Translations under genes and position numbers: made by a program
In this document: piece by piece, positions 1-7,404 of the stretch
How the letters are laid out: every line of letters starts with the position of its first letter
Position numbering within the stretch: position 1 is the stretch's first letter
Notes under the pieces: generated by a model
What the model was told of the DNA's origin: nothing
What the model saw: the letters and a program-made list of their open reading frames with translations, nothing else
The model's database searches: none
NCBI GenBank assembly: GCA_002794465.1
Contig: MTSL01000014.1
Coordinates: forward strand, 57,610-89,609
Length of the DNA: 32,000 nt
Source: Paramicrosporidium saccamoebae KSL3
Taxonomy: Eukaryota > Fungi > Cryptomycota
Direction of reading: 5' to 3'

Positions 1-388
1 CAGAAATGTCGCGATATGTGACTTGCTTGGACGTAGGACTCGCAAGCGCCTTCTCCATCGCAGTAGCCTTCAACAGCCAATATGGGGTTGCTTTCCTCGC
101 CACTGCTATCACTACAGTGTCGCCCACTTCAAGATAAGCAGTTTCCTCTCTCCCAACCATCGCCTCGTTCTCACGAATCACGCAAACCGAGCCTGCACCA
201 GTGAGGGAGATCCGATTATCACTCATAACAATGCTGACGCAGCTATAAGAGTTGCAGATCAGTTTGCTCAAAGTATTGGGGCCGCTATTCCAATGGAGTC
301 CCGAGGACATAAATTCGATCTTGCCCAGCTGCAACTGGCTAGCATAGGATACCGCACAAAGCAACGAAATGATGATTGTTGCATGCAT
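1..388 (-). CDS. Small secreted protein, array-1 paralog A1 (3'-partial, runs off window start)
   Basis: Not in the ORF track because no stop lies in the window. Manual translation from ATG at 388: MHATIIISLLCAVSYASQLQLGKIEFMSSGLHWNSGPNTLSKLICNSYSCVSIVMSDNRISLTGAGSVCVIRENEAMVGREETAYLEVGDTVVIAVARKATPYWLLKATAMEKALASPTSKQVTYRDIS. This is a colinear paralog of 787..1263 with a hydrophobic N-terminal signal peptide. Confidence 0.85.
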   Translation of the reverse strand, partial: MHATIIISLLCAVSYASQLQLGKIEFMSSGLHWNSGPNTLSKLICNSYSCVSIVMSDNRISLTGAGSVCVIRENEAMVGREETAYLEVGDTVVIAVARKATPYWLLKATAMEKALASPTSKQVTYRDIS

Positions 389-786
389 AGTACTACAACT
401 CCGATCCTACGTCGTCTTATAGTGCTCTAATTTGCCATTTTGAGCACCTGCCAACGCCATTTGTCCAGCGGTGCTTTCAAATGCTGACGGTGAGCGCATA
501 AAAACTTTTGGTTGAAATCCCGAGTCTGTAGCTTTACCATCTCACACTAACGGCAAACAGTTGTTATGTGATATTGGTCTTGCAAATCCTTGTCCTCTCC
601 CTAGTCGCTACCGTCAAGCGGATAAAGAGTCCAATACCCGACATATTACTTTAATTCTCACAATGCTACTACCATCGTGCTGAGTGCGCACATGGAATTA
701 CCAGACTTTAGCGCTACCTTGTCAAAAAAGTCACGAGTCTTCATTATAAACTTTTTGAAGCTTTACAGTACTAATTGTAGCAATGT

Positions 787-1263
787 TTACAGCTTGGCGA
801 AAGCTTGGGGCACGCCAAAGCCGTTAGGATTAGAGACTACAGGCACTATGAGAAAGTCGGGAATTTCCTCTTCGAAAATGTCGCGATATGTGACTCCCTT
901 GGTTGTGTTAGGACTTTCAAGCGCCTTTTCTATCGCAGCGGCCTTTAGTAACCAATTTGGAGTCCCTTCCTTTGCCACTGCTATTACTACAGTGTCCCCT
1001 ACTTCAAGATGCGCATATTCCTCTTTCCCAACTATCACCTCGTTCCCACGAACCACGCAAATCGAGCCTTCACCAGCGAGGGCGATTCGATTACCAGTCA
1101 TAATGATGGTGACACACTTGTAAGGATTGCAAATTTTTTTGCTCCAGCGATTTGGGCCTCTAGTCAAGTGGAGTTCCGAAGACATGGATTCGATCCTGCC
1201 CAGCTGCAACTGGCTGGCATGGGATAGCGCACAAAGGAACAAGATAATGATTACTGCATACAT
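787..1263 (-). CDS. Small secreted protein (158 aa), array-1 paralog A2
   Basis: Intact ATG-stop ORF. Signal-peptide-like MYAVIIILFLCALSHA. Shares SQLQLG, LEVGDTVVIAVA, WLLKA and VTYRDI with the copy at 1..388. Confidence 0.85.
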   Translation of the reverse strand: MYAVIIILFLCALSHASQLQLGRIESMSSELHLTRGPNRWSKKICNPYKCVTIIMTGNRIALAGEGSICVVRGNEVIVGKEEYAHLEVGDTVVIAVAKEGTPNWLLKAAAIEKALESPNTTKGVTYRDIFEEEIPDFLIVPVVSNPNGFGVPQAFAKL

Positions 1264-1278
1264 GGCACTATAATGTCG

Positions 1279-1299
1279 CGTAGTGGAGGGAATACTACG
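1279..1299. promoter_or_regulatory. Dyad CGTAGT-N9-ACTACG upstream of A2 (also 3218..3238 and, with one mismatch, 4108..4128)
   Basis: A 6-bp inverted repeat with a 9-nt spacer lies just upstream of the ATG in three paralogs. The arms are conserved while the spacer differs between A2 and B2/B3. Function is inferred only. Confidence 0.45.
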
Positions 1300-1858
1300 G
1301 ACTTTGTCACCACTGTTTATCCGGGAGGCGAGAGAATTCTTTTATCATAAAGTACACCTTATTCCCATCGTTTTCTCGGATCTGATCGGGTCTATCCGGA
1401 GATGCGATCGTTTCTAGGGATTGGTCAGGCCGCGTCAAATTCCCTCTACGTCATTTTGACGTTTCCCACTATTGCGCGCTACTTCTTTCCTTCTTGTAGC
1501 TGGGTCATTTGGAACAAAGGACCCATACCATTTCACGCTAACAGCTATTATTAAGGTAGTAACAGGTGTACTGCATAGTGAGGATCATCACGAATGGAAT
1601 TGTTTGGCATAAGGAAACTCAACTATTGCCTTTTAGTAATTGGATCCCTCACGTTCTCGACTAGACTCAGCCAGCCATTCCACTACCTTACACCATCACC
1701 ACCAGATCTCAAAATAACGCCGAGATTTACCCAAGATTTCAATCATCACCAATTCATAAACGTCTAATTATCACGTAGCTGGGGACAAATAGAAGCACTC
1801 GAAAATGCAGTATCAATGGTGAAAAGTCACAGACAGAAATGCATCATTTATTATCAAT

Positions 1859-2290
1859 TTACTCGGCTCTAAGGGAAATAGTAACGACCTCCCCCGCCGC
1901 ACCATCCACTGATTTCTCACTAAAGTTCCCAAGTATTTCCTCTAAACAAGGCTTTGTCATTCTGGGCGTTCCGCCCAAAACAATCACTATCAAGTCATCG
2001 GCTTTCGGTGCACTCTCCTCTGGCAATCGAGTGAGATTTCCGTGCTCGCGTCGGTACATATAACAAACAACGGCGCCATCATAGTAAACTTGCAGTTTCT
2101 CTGCTGTCAATCTGATTAGCGCACAGTTATTGTGAACCTGGAGCCCAATATAGTTAGGATTCCAGCTCGCTTGAACCGGCGAACCCTTACGTGCAGTAGG
2201 TTCTCCGAGTCGAAGAATGGAGCGCGGAAATCTTGATGCGCTTGCAAGCTTTAAAAGGGCACATAGAAATACAAGAAAGACTGCCTTCAT
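1859..2290 (-). CDS. Small secreted protein (143 aa), array-1 paralog B1
   Basis: Signal peptide MKAVFLVFLCALLKLASA. Aligns without gaps to 2762..3193 and 3653..4084 (RLG.P, YRR, RLPE, LGG.P.M, CLEEIL.NF). Confidence 0.88.
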   Translation of the reverse strand: MKAVFLVFLCALLKLASASRFPRSILRLGEPTARKGSPVQASWNPNYIGLQVHNNCALIRLTAEKLQVYYDGAVVCYMYRREHGNLTRLPEESAPKADDLIVIVLGGTPRMTKPCLEEILGNFSEKSVDGAAGEVVTISLRAE

Positions 2291-2761
2291 GGAGAGTTGC
2301 CGTCTTGTACGTCGCGTAGCAGGTCAAGTGGGATGGAACACGCCACGACGCTTCTGTCGAGCAGGTGCAAATTTTTTCATTATCATTAAATGTACTTTGA
2401 TTGGCCTGCCAAATTTGATTGCTTAATCTCCTATCAGGTTTCAGTGTAGGACCTATGGAAATCGTCCCAGCACTTTCTATTCAAATGCTGTTGTGTATTG
2501 GCTAATGATTATTCATGAACAATCCACATCCTCATCAGTCCATTCTCTTGCCTTGTCCTTCTAAAGAGTCGAACAAACCCACAATGTCTCATTGGCAATT
2601 GCTACCAGATCTCAGATTATCATCACAATTTGCCCAAGATCTTGATCTTCATTAGCTCCTCAGTGTCCAATGTTCACGTAGCTGGGGGCGAATGGAGGCA
2701 CTCGAAAATTCAATATCAATGTCGGAGAATCACAGGCAGCAGTGCATCATTTATTATGGAT

Positions 2762-3193
2762 TCACTCGCCTATAAGGGGAATAATAACGACCTCTGTCGC
2801 CGCACCACCCAGTGATTTTTTACTAAAGTTCCTAAGTATTTCCTCTAGACAAGATTGTGACATTCCAGGAAACCCGCCCAAAACAACCACTAGCAAGTCA
2901 TCGGCTTGGATTGTACTTTGCTCTGGCAATCTAATGAGCCCTTCGAGCTCGCGTCGATACGTACGCCAAAGGATAGCACCCTCATAGCTAATTTGCAGTC
3001 CCTTTGGTACCAATTTGATCAGCGCAAAGTTGTCGTGAACCTGAAGCTCAATATGGTCGGAAGTCTTGTGCACTTTAACGGCTGAACCGTCACGTACAAT
3101 AGGTCTTCCGAGCCGAAGACCATAGCGTCCAAATCTTGATGCGCTTACAAACTTCAATAAGGCGCATATAAGCACGAGGAGGATTGTCTTCAT
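2762..3193 (-). CDS. Small secreted protein (143 aa), array-1 paralog B2
   Basis: Same length and motifs as B1/B3. Hand count gives 80/143 identical residues with B3. Confidence 0.88.
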   Translation of the reverse strand: MKTILLVLICALLKFVSASRFGRYGLRLGRPIVRDGSAVKVHKTSDHIELQVHDNFALIKLVPKGLQISYEGAILWRTYRRELEGLIRLPEQSTIQADDLLVVVLGGFPGMSQSCLEEILRNFSKKSLGGAATEVVIIPLIGE

Positions 3194-3652
3194 GAAACGT
3201 TGTCGTCTTGTGCGTCGCGTAGTAGGTCAATCACTACGGAACACGTCACAATGCTTCGGCCAAGCAAGGGCGAACCTTTATTACCATTAGGTGTACTTTT
3301 ATTGGTCAGTCCGATCTGATTGTATAATACCCTACTCAAATTCTCAGTGCAGAGTCCATGGAGCATCTGCCATCGCTTTACTATTTAAATGAGAGTAGCA
3401 TGCTATTTCATATTGACTAATGAGTATTCATAAGCAATCCACATTCTCACCAGTTCATAATCCTGCCTTATCTCTTTAAATAATCGACCAAACTCATTGC
3501 TACCTATTGGCAATTGCTACCTGATCTCAGAATAGTACCGAGATTTATTCAAGATTCTAATCATCACTAACTCATTGACTTCTGATTATCACGTAGCTGG
3601 GGACAAATAGAAACACTTGAAAACTCAGTATCAATATACTATTTATGCAGAC

Positions 3653-4084
3653 TTACTCGCCTATAAGGGGAATAGCGACGATCTCTGCCGCCGAAGCATT
3701 CTCTGATTTTTCACCAAAGTTTGTAAGTATTTCCTCTAGACAGGACCTTGTCATTTCAGGAGACCCACCCAAAATAACTACCAGCACGTCATTGGCTCGA
3801 TGTTCACTATTTTCTGGCAATCTAATGAGTTTTCCCAGCTTGCGGCGATACATACGCCAAAGGACGGCACCGGTAGAATGAACTTGCGCTCCCTTCAGTG
3901 TCAATTCGACTAGCGCACGGTTTTCGCGCACACGGAGCCCAACACGGTGAGGATTCCAGTTAGCTTTAACAGGTGAATCCTCACGTATAATAGGTTCTCC
4001 GAGCCGAAAAATGTAACGTGGAAATCCTGATGCAATTGCAAGCTTTAAAAGAGCGCATAGAAGCACAAGAAAGATTGCTTTCAT
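3653..4084 (-). CDS. Small secreted protein (143 aa), array-1 paralog B3
   Basis: Same length and motifs as B1/B2. Signal peptide MKAIFLVLLCALLKLAIA. Confidence 0.88.
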   Translation of the reverse strand: MKAIFLVLLCALLKLAIASGFPRYIFRLGEPIIREDSPVKANWNPHRVGLRVRENRALVELTLKGAQVHSTGAVLWRMYRRKLGKLIRLPENSEHRANDVLVVILGGSPEMTRSCLEEILTNFGEKSENASAAEIVAIPLIGE

Positions 4085-4200
4085 GAAAGTTGCCGTCCTG
4101 TGCGTCGTGTAGTAGGTTAATCACTACGGAACACGTCACAGCACTTCGGTCAAGCGGGGCCGAACCTTTCACTACCCTTAAATGTACTTTTGACAGACCA

Positions 4201-4417
4201 AATCTGATTGTGAAATTTCCTAATCTAACTGCGGGGCCTCCTAATCTGATTGTGAACCCCCTAATCTAACTGTGGGGCCTCTTAATCTGATTGTGAACCT
4301 CCTAATCTGATTGTAAAACCCCTTAATCTGATCGTAAAATCCCCTAATCTGATTGTAAAATCCCTTAATCTGATTGTGAAGCCCCTAATCTGATTGTAAA
4401 ATTTCCTAATCAGATTT
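4201..4417. repeat. Minisatellite, 10 full units + 1 partial of 20-21 bp (consensus AATCTGATTGTRAAWYCCYCT), in the upstream region of B3
   Basis: Units start at 4201, 4222, 4243, 4263, 4284, 4304, 4325, 4346, 4367, 4387 and 4408 (partial). Units 2 and 4 are a variant (AATCTAACTGYGGGGCCTCYT). Confidence 0.95.
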
Positions 4418-4597
4418 CAGGGCAGGGCCCATGGAAATCGACCCATCACCTTACTATTAAATAATACGCTTTGTCTACTGAATGATGATCATTGATAAAC
4501 AATTCACATTCCCGCGCCCATGATTTGCCCTTTAAATGATCGAAAAACTCATTATGCTCCTCACTCACGGCATATGCTATCACAAATCGGCTAGCGT

Positions 4598-5011
4598 TTA
4601 TTCATGTTCAATAGGAATGAACAAGAAATCCACATTTTCATTTTCCTCCTCAGTGTAGGCCCCTGTGGCACAAAACTCTTTAGCTATCGTCTTTAAGTAA
4701 TCGGAACAGGATTCATCAGTCTTACTCACGGCAACGACCACCATATCGCCAGCTAATACAGAGAGAGAGTCGGCGCCTTCCAGAATCTGACCGTTCCGCA
4801 GTACAAAACTGACAGTGCCCTTTAAATCGACAGTCAGATTGCTCGAAATCAGCATAAGGCGAGCAAAATTGGACTGATGGCGGATGGTAGCATGACGTCT
4901 AGTAGATTCCACAGTTGTAAAAAATGTCCTAGACAATGCAACTTTCCCGAATTGAGCAGCGCTCGCAATCCCCAGTAACGTGAAAAGAAGAAGGGGGAGG
5001 GTAGCTGTCAT
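4598..5011 (-). CDS. Small secreted protein (137 aa), divergent array-1 paralog
   Basis: Signal peptide MTATLPLLLFTLLGIASA. Core FVLRNGQI...VLAGDMVVVAV and terminal DFLFIPI match A2 (VVRGNEVI...LEVGDTVVIAV, DFLIVPV). NFARLML matches B2 NFALIKL. Confidence 0.8.
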   Translation of the reverse strand: MTATLPLLLFTLLGIASAAQFGKVALSRTFFTTVESTRRHATIRHQSNFARLMLISSNLTVDLKGTVSFVLRNGQILEGADSLSVLAGDMVVVAVSKTDESCSDYLKTIAKEFCATGAYTEEENENVDFLFIPIEHE

Positions 5012-5221
5012 TACTGGATGCTAATCATGTACTGTCCTCTGTAGATATTGGCAGCTCATGTACCAAATAGGGAACATTGTAGTTAATCTATCATCATCCT
5101 GGGTAACATCTCGTTATCTGGTCCATTATCACTACATATAAACTGACATGCTGATCGTCGACTATATCGTGGTGGATGATTATTATTATTATTAAAGCTT
5201 CCATAGAACCACGCAGCCATC

Positions 5222-5644
5222 TTAGTTGGTTATAGAAACCGTGACTACTTCCATCGTGCAAGCCAATCCCTGAATATGGGCTCTCACCTGGGCTCGAATG
5301 TCCAATTGTTCCATCACATTCGCCGCCACCGCTAGGTACAATACATCATCGGACTGCACTTCCATTTTTTGGTCCGCGGCAAACTCCTCTGCATATTCTA
5401 CAATGTCTCCTTGTCGTACCAAGACAAAATATCCATTAGAAACCGCGGCCGTTAGCAAATTGTCGCATAGAAAAAAAGTCGCACGGATGGGGGCACCCTC
5501 AAAAGTACTAGGAAACTCTCGAGTGACGGCAAGTGACTGTTCACCAGCACTCACTGTGCTCACAGCATTGTTCCTCGTTAATGGCCCAAACTTTAACGCA
5601 GCAACACAGTTTAAAAGCACTATTACAAGCGCAGACAAATTCAT
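5222..5644 (-). CDS. Small secreted protein (140 aa), divergent array-1 paralog
   Basis: Signal peptide MNLSALVIVLLNCVAA. Core FVLVRQGDIV...EVQSDDVLYLAV and terminal EVVTVSI match the other paralogs. Confidence 0.78.
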   Translation of the reverse strand: MNLSALVIVLLNCVAALKFGPLTRNNAVSTVSAGEQSLAVTREFPSTFEGAPIRATFFLCDNLLTAAVSNGYFVLVRQGDIVEYAEEFAADQKMEVQSDDVLYLAVAANVMEQLDIRAQVRAHIQGLACTMEVVTVSITN

Positions 5645-5664
5645 TCTAACTACGAATTACCAGT

Positions 5665-7307
5665 TTATTGCCGCTTTAATTTAGTGCTTATAAAGAACAG
5701 GCGATCTCGCAATCGCTGCAAAACCGTAGAACCGGCATAAAATTTGCGATAACTCAAATTGAAAAATGTCCCGTAGAAGAGCACTATGAGGGTGGACGTA
5801 AGAGTGATTACATTATAGGGCATCGTGAAATCAGGCACGGGCATTGTGAGCAGTAGTGTCGGAGTGACAATTGTTTCGTCGGCAAATTGTATGATTGCAC
5901 CGGCGATATCAAAGCCGCGGTTTGCATCAAATGGATAGTCGGTGTATCGGAGGAGATCTCGCTCAAACGGAATTTTCATCGTGACACTCTGACCGGCAGG
6001 AATCACCACTTTTAGCTCAAGTTGCGATGGACTCTGCCGGGCAACTTCAGGCGCATAGATAATCTGTCGTGGATAGGATGGTCCATGCATCTGGTCCCCA
6101 AGGGTAAATTCCATCTGACTCAGAAATAGTTTCATATAAAAAGGCAGGCTTTCTGCGTGGGAAATTTCAATATCAGTGGTGGTAGGGTTCTTCCAAGAAA
6201 CTACCAGCCCACCGCGATCTTGACCAATTCCACTGAGATAGCGATCGACTAGCAAGGAACTTGGTGTCATTGAAGAGCAAGTCATGGCATTTTCAGATAC
6301 CATTAAATTACTCTTTAGGATTTGGTCAGGATCAAAAGTATAGCCGTCAAGATCAATAATAACGCTGTCGTCGTTCTTTGATTCAGCTAGCTTGAAATTG
6401 GGACAACCATTGGGCTGAAGAATCGATAATACAGAAGATTCGGTCGCTGGACATTTGCTTTCGATAGTGCGTCCCATAAGTTTCCTCAAGCTCCAATCTA
6501 AAGTTTGGCCGTGTCGAGCCAAATCGAACACGACAACCAAGTTTTGCACTAGTTCAATTTTCTTCTCAGTACAGTTCTGGAAAATGAAAACAAATCAAAT
6601 AATCATGTACATCGTCTTGGCATACATACTGCACATGGGTGTCGAATTGATGAAAAGATGAATCGAACACTCTTAGTGGATTTAAAAGCATGGCGATCCC
6701 AGCCGAGCTGGCACAGGGTAGAAGCTTGCTCCACGGAGTCAAGTTTTCCGTGCATACTGCTTCTCCGGGAAGTGTGCCTCGTAGCAGGACCGGCGAGTGT
6801 CCAGAGAACAACAACACGTTGTTCTTGGACCGGAAATATCGGAGTAGCTTTGGGAAAATTGTATTCTGCTCCTTGATCAAATTGACTGATGCACAGAATA
6901 GTCCAGAGAGCGTAGAGGTCAGCCTTGTCCATTTCTCCATATTCTCCGACTGCGACTTGGTATCTCTAAAGACGGCCTCCACAGAGACGCCCGAAGACGA
7001 AGGCTCAATTAAAGGCTTTCCCCAGGCTCCATAGTCCCATCTCCCCTTTGAAAGAGACACACGCAGATCATAGATGCCATGCGATTCGACCAGCTCCACA
7101 ACCGGTCTTGGAAAGGTCCCGAAATCAAAATCTACTATGAGCAATACCGCCAAATTTACGTGTCAGGTCTAGTGCGTTCACGTCCAGAGTTTGTTTGAAT
7201 TTAAAGTGCACTGCAGCTAATCCACCAGATACCGTGTGGAATTCCACGTTCTCGTGGAATTTGGCCTCGACCGCCATGGCCAAGGTCAGCAGGGTCACAG
7301 ACAACAT
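5665..7307 (-). CDS. GPI16: GPI transamidase subunit PIG-T/Gpi16, 3 exons (7160..7307, 6611..7131, 5665..6576; ~526 aa)
   Basis: Family motifs: LSGLFCASVN, LPGEAVCTENLTPWSKLLPC (with the conserved Cys), YTDYPFDANRGF, PVPDFTMPYNVITLT and a C-terminal TM. The two GT-AG introns join the three ORFs in frame. Start could alternatively be the ATG at 7340. Confidence 0.92.
6577..6610 (-). other. Spliceosomal intron, 34 nt (GPI16 intron 2)
   Basis: GTACAT...TTCCAG. Removal gives CQDD|NCTEKKIELVQNLVVVFD, matching the PIG-T pattern. Confidence 0.85.
7132..7159 (-). other. Spliceosomal intron, 28 nt (GPI16 intron 1), tandem TAGTAG acceptor
   Basis: GTAAAT...GCTCATAGTAG. Removal gives DLT-H-FDFGTFPR in frame. 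The alternative 25-nt form also keeps frame. Confidence 0.8.
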
Positions 7308-7404
7308 GTACAAATGCGGCAGGCCCGGCCCGGCGCGCATGATTGAAGTTTGTGTTGGTCGTTGGTGGGACGTGAATGCGTTGCTATTGGAATTTGATGG
7401 AGCA

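Larger units (their letters stand above)
1701..4560. repeat. Tandem triplication of a ~900-bp gene-plus-flank unit (units begin ~1701, ~2604, ~3519)
   Basis: Coding and non-coding flanks are alignable: acc(a/t)gatctca at 1701/2604/3519, cacgtagctgggg, and the upstream gtcgYgtag...ggaacacg block recur. CDS spacing is 903 and 891 bp. Unit 3 is lengthened by the minisatellite. Confidence 0.9.

Noticed and set aside
4201-4417. CRISPR array or telomeric repeat interpretation of the 20-21 bp array
   Set aside because: The units are contiguous with no unique spacers, no cas genes are present and the context is eukaryotic. CCCTAA occurs in only some units as part of a longer motif whose single-copy homolog exists in the paralogous promoters.
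5222-7307. Functional link between GPI16 and the adjacent secreted array (GPI-anchoring cluster)
   Set aside because: Array-1 proteins lack C-terminal GPI-signal-like hydrophobic tails, and adjacency alone does not imply function in a eukaryotic genome.
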